A DNA stretch of 64,000 nucleotides. Origin: Yuukianura sp. NJ FZ-2021 (lineage: Eukaryota). How positions within the stretch are numbered: position 1 is the stretch's first letter; each line of letters starts with the position of its first letter. Under the pieces are notes generated by a model. It was not told the origin of the DNA. It did not search any database and saw only the letters and a program-made list of their open reading frames with translations. Below, piece by piece: positions 50,801 to 64,000 of this stretch. The stretch covers positions 5,208,001-5,272,000 of the forward strand of contig CM102288.1 of assembly GCA_046563655.1 (NCBI GenBank). Reading direction: 5' to 3'. A program made the position numbers and the translations under genes.

Positions 50801-53800
50801 ATTTATGAACAAGAATGCTTATTCGCATGCTCACTGGTATGAGGGGAGATAATAATATAAAAAATATATGGTATATATTTATAAAAAATATATAGTATAT
50901 ATTTATAAAAAATATATAGTATATATTTATAAAAAATATATAGTATATATTTATAAAAAATATATAGTATATATTTATAAAAAATATATAGTATATATTT
51001 ATAAAAGAAATATATAGTATATATTTATAAAAAATATATAGTATATATTTATAAAAGAAATATATAGTATATATTTATAAAAAATATATAGTATATATTT
51101 ATAAAAAATATATAGTATATATTTATAAAAAATATATAGTATATATTTATAAAAAATATATAGTATATATTTATAAAAAATATATAGTATATATTTATAA
51201 AAAATATATAGTATATATTTATAAAAAATATATAGTATATATTTATAAAAAAATATATGGTATATATTTATAAAAAATATATAGTATATATTTATAAAAA
51301 AAATATATGGTATATATTTATAAAAAATATATAGTATATTTATAATTCATCAAGAAAATACATCTGGAATAGCGTTTTTGCTATTCCAGATGTGTGGAAT
51401 TTGACACATCAGGAAATCCAGATGTAAATCTGGCGAGGAATATTGCGGGTTTTCTCCCCTCATACACTGGGACTACGCCTCAGGCAACTTCAATCAAGAG
51501 CTAGAAAGTTTGTATACAAGGAAATCTGAAAAAAGTGATTTGTTTTTTAAGTGCATCATTTATATTTTATTACATATTTTATGTATATTTTTATATAACA
51601 AGTTCAATTAGTTTATTATTTATTTTTAAATATCTTGTGTACATATGCTGTAATGGAGGAATTGTGCTATTCGCTGCTTGTTCCTTTCTCATACTTAACT
51701 GGAATTTATGAATTGTGGCAACTTGGTTTCTAAGAACAAGGAAAATGAAAGCGCTCACCAACTTCCTACGGCCCCTCATCGACTTTCATTTCTAAACCTG
51801 CGGTTATGGTTGCAGAATCTACGTTCTAAAGATTACTTTACATAAGTTGGTCAAAACCAAAACTGCAAAGCGGCGATACACTCAAATTCCTCATGCACCG
51901 CAACGTAGGAAAAAAAACTGTTGAAAATGCACCTTGAGCGGGATTTGAACGCACTTCTCACTCATCGCAAAAGATACTTTGGTCCTTTGAGCTATTGATT
52001 ATCGAAGTGACGTTTATAAAAGTCACACAAATTTGGAAGTTGAACTATTTGTTGTTGATTGGTTCGTTGTTGATCAACTGCGTCAAGGTCCATAATGCTG
52101 TTGGATTGGAATTTGTAGCTGAAGGGAAGATGTAAGATAGTTCTATTTATGGAGGGAAAATGTAAATAACGCACAAGTGAAAGTTAGATTAGACTCGGAG
52201 TGTCTTAATTCTTAACTAGGAGAGGGAAAGCATAGAAGAGAGCATGCGTAGTTAACATGAACATGCCAGGAGGCAGTCGGAAAGAAAATGTTGAATGTTC
52301 CTGAATGTTTATGTGGAAAATGTTAAACCGTTAAAAGGACGACACGAAGGGAAACTGTAGCGGAGTGTTGCAGCAGAAGGTGAAAGTTGAAAGCGTTTAT
52401 TATTTATGAGACCAAGAGTTTGTTCCAAGTTGACTTTTGCTATTGGAATGTCTCCGGAGGAAGCTGCAGTGGCACCGTTTCCACGCTGGCTAAGGAAATT
52501 CGCGAGTCCTGTTTCGCTGAAAAGCATTCCATGAATAATCTAACCCCAAATTTATTCCAAAGTTGATTTCGGTAGACTTTTTCCTTTCTTCACTACAGCT
52601 TTGGCTTCCACGCTTTTCCTGTTTTTTTTTTCTAAACGTTTACATAAACATGGGTTTGTTCTCTACTTTTGATGGCAGGAAGAAAACTAAAAATCACATC
52701 CTTTTTCGTTTTTGAATAAAAAGCGGAAATAAAAACAACAAACTTTCTCTTTTGACTTTCCCTGATTGACGAACTCTGCAATTTTTTATTCATTTTTTTT
52801 ATTTTTCCTTTTTTGATTTCTTTTTCTCCTACAAAATTTGAGTTTCTTTTCAAATTTCAAATGGTTATCCATTTGGCCCAAAAAAAATTTGGTCCACGAC
52901 CAATTTTTGAAAGATTTTAAATAAAACCCGGAGTCATTTGACCATATTGAAAATGAAAATTGTGGTTGAGCTATGATTTCCTTTGGGAAAATAGTTGAAA
53001 ACGGGCTGGTTTTGGTCCAGTAGTTGGTTGAAATAATTCGAAGAATGCCAAATCCATATTTATTGCCCAATGGACCATCACTTTCACTTTTCCCTCTGCT
53101 TTCTCCAGAGACTAATCGTAATGAATGACCTCCCAATCATCATCATAATTCTTCTTCAACCTAACTTTTGTCTTCAGAATAACCTAACATAGCAAGACTC
53201 TAAGTGATGAAAGTAGAAATGCGTAGAAAGTGCACTTTCTCCGCAGGGAAAATGAATATTAAAGAGGTGAAGCGAAACTGAATTTTTTCGTAAGGCTGGA
53301 AAAAGCTGAATTTTTTTTATAGGACTGGAAAAAAACTTGAGAAGAACAGTTTTTCAATTTTGAATTTTTGAAAAGAATTTTTTCGTTTTTGTACAATTTA
53401 TAGGAAGATTTCAAATGGATGAGTTCCTGCTCACCCGGGCATGGCGGTCTGTTCGGAAGTCCAGAGCGGGAGGCTTTTGGGGGCGGGGAGATGGACGGCC
53501 AATCAGGATGCCGGATTCCAATGAATCAGTTTTCGGCGGGAGAATTCGGAGGGGGATCGACATTTTTAAGAAGATCGTCATGTGACATGCATTCGCATCT
53601 CCCTCCAACCTCAATGGACCAAAACCTGTCACCATGTTCAGGAAATCTGCATTTCCTAAAAGCTGATTACTGTTGCGCAACTCAACAAACCGTCCAAGCC
53701 CAACTGCCCAACTGCATCAATCATCAGTATCATCAAATTCCTATTCCTGGACCTGACGAAGGTTATTCCATTGACATTGAATCTGGACCACACGTTCAAT

Positions 53801-54250
53801 ATGGATCGCTGCCACCGGGCGCGTCCATCCGGCTTTACATGAACCGAAGTGCGACAGGTACGACCAGAGGCAACTTTGATTGAAAGTTGTGATGATCATG
53901 GATGTGATAAGAGATTTTAATGCTTTTCAGGTGACGAAGAGATGCAGAATCTAGAGCCCATTTCCACTTTGCCCCGAAACATTCCGACTCCATTGTATAC
54001 AAATACTAACAGTCGACGACGAAACAGCGAAGGACGCCGCCAATTGGGTGACGCTGGAATTTCAGCTGTTCAGAGCCCTCCAAGTTCCAGTTCCGGAACG
54101 ACGTCACTCTCCACGCCAAATACGGGATCCAATGCAAGTCCAAACGCCGGAAATACAACGCTTGTGAGTGCCCTCAAGCGGCACAGTTCCGGCGGAACGC
54201 CAAATTCAACAATCAAAAAACGAGTTCAAATCCAAGAGATTTCCGTTTAA
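35876..54250 (+). CDS. Nlg: Neuroligin (non-catalytic cholinesterase-like adhesion protein), 11 coding exons
   Basis: Approximate exons 35876-36251, 37809-38093, 40561-40713, 43786-43965, 45859-46571, 48693-48895, 49713-49990, 50105-50285, 50512-50785, 53404-53857 and 53931-54250. Motifs YLGIPYASPP, QSEDCLYLN, FNYRLGILGF, GNFGLLD, a Ser-less elbow GYKTG, RNEYTDWERP, KNHYRGHKLALWLNLIP and TM YTTALTVTLTVGVCLILLNLIVF. It ends in the PDZ-type motif KKRVQIQEISV typical of arthropod neuroligins. Confidence 0.95.
50857..51344. repeat. AT-rich minisatellite, ~20 x 24-bp unit ATAAAAAATATATAGTATATATTT, in a neuroligin intron
   Basis: Directly visible, with small variations in A-run length. Confidence 0.95.
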
Positions 54251-57200
54251 GCAAGGTCCGGTAACGTACAACACCATTTTTCAATTTTTGAAATTTTGAA
54301 AACAAAGAAGAACTCTGAATACGATTAGGAAGTTTTTCCTCATGATCTGTGAAAATTCAATTTTCCGTGATAAAAATGATCGTTTTTGTTTACTCCCTGT
54401 TTAATTCTGGTAAGAATAAAAACATCGACTGTTTTTGTGATCTAGTGACACTGCACTTTCTCTTTGGAATGCCAATATTTTGTTGAAAACGTTCAGAGTA
54501 TTTGAGTTGTCCGTGAAAATAGTTTATAGTCCTACACCGGTGGACGACATTGTTTCTGTACGCCGTAACTCTTTTACTGGAGAGAATGAGAAATGATCCA
54601 TCAAGAAACAATTTATGACTCTCCTGCCTACCCTCAATTTCTGTGACGTTTAAACGTGCCTAAGCCTAACCTAAACGCTACGACTGTTCGTCCCAGTGGA
54701 GAAAGTAAAGTTTCACTTTCACTTTTACTACCAAAGAAACCCTGACTTTAGAGAAAAAAAGAACAATGGATTGGAGACAATTCAATTTAATCGCCAGAAA
54801 GTGATTCCAAAGTACTCACAAATCCTAAATCAAAAAGCAACTTCACCTGAACCGGTAGGTTTTGCTTGATTTTTTTCAACAAAATTTCCGAAAATTAATC
54901 CGATCTTTGAAAAGTCAAAACGGCTATACGATTTTTTAATTTTAATTTTTAGCCAGCGAGAGCTACATTGTGAATTTGCGTTGTATGTCTGACCGTCACT
55001 CTGTCCTTTATTGATTAAAGACCTCAGAAACGGATAGAAATTTAATCAGTTTTCTCATGAAAATTTCATGTTTTTTTCGAAAGGAAAAAACGGTACTGTT
55101 TCAATTAAAAATTTTTTGAAATTTGAATTTCCTTGGTCCTAATGTATTGTCTCGTTTTTTTTAAATAGAAAGCTACAGTAACAATGGAGAAGCGAAAGAT
55201 TCGGTATTTTTGATTAAATAGTAAAAACATGCGTTTGCGTTTTGGTTACAAAAGAGAAACTTTTTTGGGCAAGAAGAAGTTATGATCGAAACAAATCATT
55301 TTTATTACGGTGAATCATACTATAAAATATAAGTATGCGACTGGAATAGGATTCAAAGACGTGACTTGGGAAAAGTTTCTAATTTTTTTTCTGTTTTTAA
55401 CAAATTTTGAAATTTGAAAACACGGCAGTTTTGTTGTTTGTTTTCTCAGGTTTCAATTTTTGTCTACCCCAAATATTTTCTCTTCTGTTTGTCTTGTTTT
55501 CAGAATCGAATTTTCTCCTTTCACTTTTTTCTGTTCATATGAGAAAATATGTGAACTTTTTTCTCTTTCTGTCTTTTCTGGCAGTTGGCTGCCGCTGCAA
55601 AAGTTAGGTTTACAAAATCTACGTTGGGTTTTCTGTTGTTAACTTTTGTGGTTAGGTTTGGTATAGTGTTGGGGCCGTTCTATTAGTTCCGCTTGACTTT
55701 CCATGTCACGTTTCCTCGACCGGGTTCCAGTTTCAAAAGACAAAGTTTGGCTGAGCCCAACTGCCGCCTTACTTTCAGTTAGGTTCCCTGTGCGGTGACT
55801 GATGTTAATGCACTACTCCAATGTCAGTTTACTCTGGCTGACCATTAGGTTCTGGAGGAGGACTTTCTGGAAAGGGGACTTGGACCAGTTTAGTTTTTAG
55901 ATTCCGAGAATCCAGGCTCTCCTATTTGTTTACTAATCTCTTTCATGTCCAGAAAGTCCATGTGGATCCTCTGACATAGTCTCTCTGTCTCATCTATCTT
56001 CATTAAAATGGCTCATCCGATGCAATGCCCCATGCGTTCCGCCCTTTGAGTCTAAAAAGATTTTCTTCAACGAGCCAAAAAGTCAAAAATAGGCTAACCA
56101 GAATCGATTTTCAAACTTTGGCGCCGTTACTTCTTTTAAGGCTTTCACTCGATCGAGTGAAAGCATATTTAAGGAAATATCGGTATTTCTTTTTGACAAA
56201 ATTTTTAGTCATCTGGAAAAAATCTGAAATTCTCATAAATATATTGGGATTTGGCAATGTTGTCTGATGCGTAAAGCCGCACGATTTTTCAATAAAACTC
56301 GTTTTTTGCAGTTTACATGGTAGAACCTATGCTAAATTTTTTTTTTTTTTGAAACTTTTGCAGTTTTTTTCAAATTCCCAATAAAGCCACATGCGCAGTG
56401 GGTTAAAGAATTTCTTTATTGGAGAGAGTCCGTTTCACTTAGAATTCCTTTGGCGAAAGTAAGTGTAAAAGTCCATTTCTCACTTTTATGAACCTCATCA
56501 GTGTTTTTCTGGAGAGAAAGAAGCTGATTTTGAGGTTAAGTGGCATAAATTCACAAAAAAGGCTATCACTACTTTTAGTTCTTTTAGCCTAAAAGCCTAT
56601 CAGTGCTTTCTGTGTTAGCCAAAAAGCCTATCAGCTTTCTATTTGAGTCTACCAAGGACAATGGGCATTGGTTTTCTTTTACTTTGGCCAACAGATGCCC
56701 AGTGCTTTCTGCTTGGAATACTAAGTATTTAGACTTTCTCTTTTTTGAAAACTCCCGCTTTTGGAATTCTGGATTTCCTGTTTCCAGGTTAGAAAATAAA
56801 GGTATCCGGAAAAGCAATTTGTAAAGTCAATCTGTGACCGTATATAGCCAGTTTTAAAGCCAATTCCAAACCCATTTTGTGTGTAATTAGTGAATGTAAT
56901 TTGTAATTTGCAAAACTTTTGGAGGTTTTGGTCCTCGTTTTCGGCTAACATCAAAATTTAAAGTTTGCACAAATCTGCACAAAAGAGTGATTTTCATAAA
57001 TGACAACAATTTCAAGCAGTTTTAGTAAATGGACACTTATCTAACCTAGAACACACGTAGATTCTTTTCACAAAAGCGAAAAGTTTAGTCAGAAACTGTT
57101 TATGGCTTCATGGTCGCAATGATTTGGTTGAAGTGGTTTTTGCAAAACAGAATCATAAGTGTTTTACACACTTTTTTTTTCGCAAAGTGACTCACAGTCA

Positions 57201-57466
57201 GTCATTACTCCAACATGAAATTGCCAAATCAGCTGTTAATACATGTCCCGGCATTACAGAACCGCCTTTGAATCAGTTCGGCAAACTAAAATTTCTTTCT
57301 AAAAAAAAATGTGGTAATATGTTTCTTTTTTCAATTTTAGTCACTACAATTTGATTTTGCAGCGATTAAAGCAAAGGAGGCTTTCAGTTCTTCGAGTACC
57401 TTTTTTCTAAACCAAATTTAGATTTGAAAAAGAAGTTTATTTTTGTCAAAAGAATTTCAAAGCATC

Positions 57467-59210
57467 ATGTTTTGGACTATACTTTTGATTTTGGTTGGAA
57501 CAACGCTCGCACTACCAGTTGTATTCATCTTGTACATTCGACATATCCAGGGGCGTCCTTACTGGCAAACCCGAGGAGTTCCTGTTCTCAAGCCACCACA
57601 GACAGGTAATAACCAGACCTGCCAAAAATATTATCCAAAAACGAGGCGAAATATTTAAGTATTTTATTGATTTTAAAATTTCACAGGTACCCTCAGTGAG
57701 AGACTTAAGGCTCCCTTCCATGAACCCGACTTTCAGCTCTACCGTCAAATGAAACTGGACAAAATCTCCGTTAGTGGAATCATGGAACTCGGAAGTCCCG
57801 CGCTTTTCATCACAGATCCCGATCTCATCAAGGCCATTCTAGTCAAGGACTTTGACCACTTTGTCAACCGCCCAAATTTGAATGTGGGAGACGGTGACCC
57901 CTACTTCCACAAGATCCTGTTCAATGCTGAAGGATCGGAGTGGAAGGACTTAAGGGTCACCATGACCCCTACGTTCACTTCGGCCAAGATTCGACGCATG
58001 TTCTCCATTTTCCAGGATTCAGCATCTCAAATGGTCAAATACTGGAACGAAACCATCGATTCAAACTGCGGGGTCGTCAACGCCCAAGATGCCACTGGAA
58101 AGTTTACGCTCAACGTAATTGCTGCTGCTGCATTCGGTTATGAAAGCCGGGTATTTTCGGATCCGAATTCCCTGTTTACTATAATGAGTCGCCGCATTAC
58201 TGATGCTTTGGCGGCAAGTAGATTGACGATGGTCAAGTTCATGCTGCTGGTTTTCGCGCCGTCGATTTTCAACTTCTTCCGCATGTCCGTTCTGGATCCA
58301 ATTGCAATTGACTTTTTCGTGAGCTTGACCAGAAAAGCAATCTCGGAGAGAGAAAGAAATGAAGCGGCAAGACGAGACGACTTTTTGCAGTTGATGATTG
58401 ACGCCAAAAATGATTGTCTGACTAACGAGAGTGAAGAAGGTGAAGGTCAAAGGTCAAGTAAAGATCAAAAGTCAGATGAAGGTCAAAGGTCAACAAAACT
58501 TACAGATGACCTCATCTTAGCTCAGTGTATTCTGTTCTTCAATGCTGGATTCGACACAGTCCAAGCTTTGCTGGATTTCTGTTTATACGAACTCGCAATT
58601 AATCCTGACGTTCAGCAAAAATTATTTGAAGAGTTGGATTCTGCTGCTGGACCAAAATCCGGAAATATAAAATCTCTGAATTATGAAATCATATCATCTC
58701 TGCCGTATTTGGACATGGTCGTGTCAGGTAACACTTTTTATAACAAATTAATTAATATATAATTAATTGATTCATATTATATTTTTTACAGAAACTTTGA
58801 GAAAGTACCCGCCAGCATTTCGCTTAACCCGAAAGTGCACTGTAGACTACACTCTGCCCAAAACCGACTTAAATATTGTCAAGGGAACCGGAATTGTCAT
58901 TCCCGTGATGCCGATACACTATGATCCGGAAATCTATGCCGAACCGAACCGATTCATTCCGGAACGGTTTTCGGGTGAAGAGAAAGCCAATCGCCATCCA
59001 GCTCACTACCTCCCGTTCGGGATTGGTCAACGCGCATGTATCGCCAATCGATTTGCATTGGTCGAAGGGAAAGTGGCCATCGCTGCGGCGGTGCTCAACT
59101 TCCGGTTTGAACCGACCGCTAGAACAACAATTCCTATGCAATTTCTCCGCAGTCTTTCAGGACTCAAGCCACAAGATGGAATTTGGCTAAAAGTTACCAA
59201 GCGAAACTAA
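57467..59210 (+). CDS. Cytochrome P450, CYP3 clan (CYP6/CYP9-like), 3 exons (57467-57605, 57687-58727, 58792-59210)
   Basis: N-terminal membrane anchor, DPDLIKAILVKDFDHFVNR, C-helix WKDLR-TMTPTFTSAKIR, I-helix AGFDT, K-helix ETLRKYPP, PERF and the heme motif PFGIGQRACIA. Confidence 0.96.
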
Positions 59211-59710
59211 AAAAAAGTGTTTAAAGTAATTATATTGATAACTAATGCAATTACTTGATATAGTTACAGTAATTATAATAATTCAAGTGGTTACAGTAAT
59301 TGATGTAAGCATTTCCATAAATGAATTATCTTTGAAATGAATTGAAGTGTTTCCTTTTATAGTAATTTTGTAAATTTTTAGTGTGTGACTAACCTGCCAA
59401 TTTTTTTTTGTTGGATTCGTAATCAGGATAATACAAAGTTAAATTTCGCGAATTTTTTCTGCTTGAAAAACGATTCTGCATTGCTTCTGTTTGTTTTGAT
59501 TGCGCACCCACCATAACCTTAAAATTTTGCATTACTTGCTCTTTTCATTTTGGCAGTTTTTCAAAAAACGAAAAACTTTTTGCGCTAATTTTATTTATAG
59601 CTCATTTCCAAATCAAGACTTGGCCCAGTTCTGCCACTTTTTTCTTACTCTTGATTCGCAAAAAGTTTTTCAACCTCTGCTGCCTCTTTGAACTTTCCAT
59701 TTCCGACAGG

Positions 59711-62700
59711 ATGGACAGCCAGTCTGCATTGGGAATCGATGCTTTTGAAAAATTTGCAAGTGCAAAAAGTTGCGAATCCATTCTTGACAAGTTTGCAAAT
59801 TTGTGCGAAATTCTCGAACTTGAACCAACAAATTGTCCACAGTTTTTTGGAAAGTTGAAGGTAAGTCAGCTTTTTTTAAATAAAAATTTAATATTTCAAA
59901 GAGAGATTCTTTTTTTTATTAATTAACATATTTTATTATTAATTTATATTTTTATGTTAATATAATTTTTGATCGTGGTTTATTGTTCGACAGGAAACGT
60001 TGACCTCGACTGACCTCAGAGAACTTTTTGCCAAGTTCGATCGGCGGCTGAACTCCAAAGCTTACAGTAATGGCCGAGCATGCGCAGACTCCAATGTGCT
60101 TGTCATTGGAGCCGGACCGTGCGGCTTACGCTTCGCAATTGAAGCACAATTGTTGGGAGCACGCGTCGTTGTTATTGAAAAACGCTCTGGATTTACCCGT
60201 AACAATGTCCTTCATCTTTGGCCGTTTGTTTTGACTGACCTGCGTGACCTTGGGGTCAAACGGTTTTGTCCAAAATTCTGTCCGGGTTCAATCGATCACG
60301 TGAGTATTGCCCAACTGCAGTGCATTCTACTCAAGATTGCTCTCACCCTGGGCGTAGAAGTTTTCACCGAAATTGAGTTCCTAAGTCTGATAGAACCAGA
60401 GGTCACGGAGGTCAATGACCCCGAAGAGGTCAAGGTTAAACGAGGCGGTTGGAGAGCTGCCACCACCGCTGCGGCAGACCATCCTCTAAACTTTTTTGAA
60501 TTCGACGTTGTGATTGGTGCAGACGGGAGGCAAAATGTTTTGCCCGGATTCAGAAGAAAAGAGCTAAGAGCAAAACTGGCCATAGCAATAACAGCCAACT
60601 TTGTCAACAGAAGAAGTGCAGCGGAGGTCAAAGTTCAAGAGATCAGTGGAGTCAGTTCCATTTTTCGCCAAGCTCTGTTTCAAAATTTGGCGGAAGAAAC
60701 TGGAATTGATCTTGAGAATATCGTTTACTACAAGGATGACACCCACTATTTTGTCATGACGGCTAAGAAACAGAGTCTTTTGCTTAAAGGAGTGCTTAGA
60801 GAGAACTTTGCTGATACGGATGACCTCTTAGCACCGGAGAACATTGATTTTGAAGCTCTAGAAGCTTATACATTAGAAGCTGTTCGGTATGTCACGGAAG
60901 ATGGACTGCCCAATCTTGATCTGGCAATGAATCACCAAGGAAAACCGGATTTGGCTATTTTCGATTTCACGAAAATGTATGCTGCTGAAAATTCGTGTCG
61001 CGTTATGGAGCGAAACGGGGGCCGACTTTTACTCGGACTTGTCGGAGACAGTTTGTTGGAGGTTGGTATAAAAAACTTCAAAAATATGATTTTTTTTTTG
61101 TTAAATTTTTTGGAAACTTTTTTGTAGCGTTTTTCTAAGTTATTTCAAACGTGTGAATTTGAAATTAGTTTTATTTCGCTGTTCTTTGTGCTAATTCTGC
61201 CGGGGATTTTGATTTCAGCCGTTTTGGCCAACGGGTTCCGGTTGTGCCCGCGGATTTTTGAGCGCTCTAGATGCAGCATGGATGATTCGAAGTTGGGCGC
61301 GTGGTGAAGACGTTCTGGACGTTTTGGCTGAAAGGGAGACGATTTACCGCCTTTTGGCTCAAACGACACACGACAATTTGAATAAAGACTACAAATCATA
61401 CACAGTGGATCCAACGACACGCTATCCCAACTTGGTCACAGGAACTGTCCAGCCATGTCAAGTTTTGTTTTTGTACGACGCCAACGCCTCGGGCGATGCA
61501 AAACTTACGTCTCAACGTAGTCTTCCAACAGCTCCCAAACCTAAAGGTCAACAGAGGTCATTGAAATTGGGAACTTCAGAAGTCAAGCGGTCGCCTAGTC
61601 CTCGAGGCCACTCTCAACATCTTAACGGATCCAGTTCACCCAAACCTATTCAGAGAGGTAACGAAAAAAAATCAAACATTTTCATAAACTTTTCTGTTTT
61701 TTCAATTTGAATAAATTTTTCCTGCCAACACAATTTTTTTTTTGAATTTGAATGTTGCCTGTATTCGTAGCCTCCAGACAAGAGAAGCAGTGGTTGGACA
61801 TTGACTTTTTGGTGGACTGGCTGCGCATGACCCTTGACCCCTACGCTATCCAAGTGTCTGGTATCCATGACATTTTTGTGCGGGGTGATGTGCTGTGTGG
61901 TCTCATCCATGCATTTCGCCCTGATCTCATTCCACAATATCCGTTTCCACCAGAAATTGAAGATGGAATTGACGTCTCGGATCTCGCGGCATTTCGAAAT
62001 CAAATTGCATTTGATTTTCTAAATGACGAATACGACTTGCCTTATGTAAGAAAACTCGTACCCAATTTTTCCAAGTCATTTTAAACAAAGTAAACTTTTA
62101 ACTTTAAACAAACAAACAATTTTATTAAACTTCCACTTCTTTTCTACTCAAAATTATTTGTTAACAGTTCTTCAAACTTCAGAAATTGTTATTCTTGTGT
62201 CTTTCGTTTAGATCGTGAGTGGATACGATTCGGTGCAGTACACGATGACGCATTTGCAAGACCTGGTTCAATACTTATTTCAAGTCTACTCAATATTTAC
62301 CAACTCCCACCAGAGGAATTTGGTAATTGTGTCAAAATATTAACAATTTAGTTAGTTACAAAAATTCTCAAATTTTTTAAAAATATCTGATATTTGTCAT
62401 TCACTTTTTATATAGTCATTTGAGAGCCAAAAGCCCGCGAGAAAACTTGTACGATCTGCAACCTTCAGCACAAATGATTCTCACGGACATTTTGGTAGAA
62501 CAAAATTTTGATTATACCCTACAATTAACTCTGTTCGTTATGATTTTTTAAAAATTGCTTTTCAAAATGAAATTCAGTTTTTAAAAAATACATGAGAGAG
62601 TCTCAATGATAGTGAATAAATGCTTTGTTGTTCTCCAGGATCAACTCGAACTGGTCACTGCATTCGAAATTTACAACAAAAGTTCCAGGGTCTAAGCTTT

Positions 62701-63679
62701 AGTCCTTCGGAGTCCAGAGAAGAGCGCTGCACAAGAAGACGAGATGCAGAGAGGTCAAAAGCCAAAGTAATGCAGTTCATGTCGTCTGTTCAACAGCGCA
62801 GGAGTGAAGCCGAGAAAGAAGCGAATGACGCTCGGAGAGACCGAGTTGTCAAAAGTATCCGAGCGGTTCACGTGACACAACCGGAGTCAAATTCAGTCAG
62901 CCGATCAGCGTCGACTTCAACGAAAGACAGCGACGATTTTTTCAACGAATACAACATGAGACTATGGCGACAATCAGTGCCAACTATGGAGGAACGAATG
63001 GGCAAACTCCAAAATGCTTTTGCAACTCCGTTAACGGTAACTCCAGAAACTTCTCAATATTTCAAAAAAAAAAATTTTTTTTTTGTTCGTAATTTTGGTA
63101 AAAAGAAAGTTTTCAAAATTTCCATTTCAGAGCGCCAGTTCGGACAAAGAGGGAAAGAAAAGCCTGAAGAGAGCCAAGTCCTGTGCTGGAGTGACCCCAC
63201 GAGGAATAGCCGCTGCAAAGGTCAACACGAAAGACTGGGTTCAGCAAGTCATTGCTCAAAAATTTCCAGACGCGCCAGTACTCCAAACTTTTAAAGTTTC
63301 CGATAAGATTGCCCAGGAGGCAGAGGTGGATGAAATTTTGGAAAATCCTCAATATAGTGACCCGCCTGTTACAACAGAAGCTTTTCCTGAAACAATCGAA
63401 GCGATTAATAGTAACGTTGTGATTGATGACGTCACGTGCGATAACGACTACATAATTCTGGGCCGTGTCCCAGAACGCGTATTTTACTGTGCCCAGACAG
63501 AAAATAATTTCGAAAATGAAAGTGGACGTGAAACTGGAGCTGATTTCTGTGGAAACCCGTCAATAAAAATTCAAGAAACCCCGCCCATTGAATTTGACGA
63601 AAACGATGAAGATTTACTGGAAATTCTGGATCCTGAGGACCTTGACCACCTCGAAGCGTGGGCTGGAAAGTACCTGTAG
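59711..63679 (+). CDS. Mical: MICAL-family flavoprotein monooxygenase (MO + CH domain; no LIM or bMERB domain), 8 exons
   Basis: FAD motif VIGAGPCGLR, FTRNNVLHLWPF, AKLAIAITANFVN, IDLENIVYYKDDTHYFVMTAKKQSLL and [22 protein letters not shown]. CH-like GDVLCGLIHAFRPDLI. Approximate exons 59711-59860, 59994-61061, 61219-61657, 61771-62045, 62212-62323, 62417-62494, 62639-63036 and 63131-63679. AATAAA at ~63845. Confidence 0.93.
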
Positions 63680-64000
63680 AAAGCAATTTCAAAGACGAAT
63701 TTCAAAATTATTAAACTGTCGAATAGGTACTTTTCAAAATTTTAAAAGTTTTTAACCTTTTTTCTCTAAACCAAGCTGTGGTGGCTAATATTGATGTCCA
63801 ATTTTTTTTGTATTAAAAAATTGAAACACTAAAAATTAGAATATAAATAAACAAAATTTACAAACCAGATAAAATTGTTGAAGCGTATTCAAAAGCAGTC
63901 GTGTATCAACCGGGTTTATTTTTGGTAATGCCTAAAACAAATTTCACTCAACTATGGCATGCCGCAACTCATCTTCATTGCTAACATATTATGCACTAAA

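Overview
Intron-rich, AT-rich animal genomic DNA with short GT-AG introns. The gene content points to an arthropod, plausibly a basal hexapod such as a springtail, but that is inference only. From left to right the window holds: a catalytic carboxylesterase (+); a Cys-loop ligand-gated ion channel (-); a gustatory receptor (+); a SID-1 family transmembrane protein (+); two tandem paralogous secreted Thr/Pro/Cys-rich proteins of no family I recognise (+); a tRNA-like element; a CMPK2-type nucleotide kinase (+); a small MITE; a 1,465-bp hAT-type element; a diapausin-like six-Cys peptide (+); a six-Cys secreted peptide gene (-) enclosed by ~215-bp direct repeats; an 11-coding-exon neuroligin (+); a CYP3-clan P450 (+); and a short MICAL lacking LIM and C-terminal domains (+). 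The hAT element has 11-bp TIRs and a perfect 8-bp target-site duplication, and carries an 18 x 35-bp palindromic array in front of a lone BED zinc-finger ORF. The most interesting items are that element, the repeat-flanked hairpin-type Cys peptide gene, the clustering of possible defence genes at 8-23 kb, and the channel's acidic 'EELIEAR' selectivity motif. All gene models were spliced by eye and no database searches were run.
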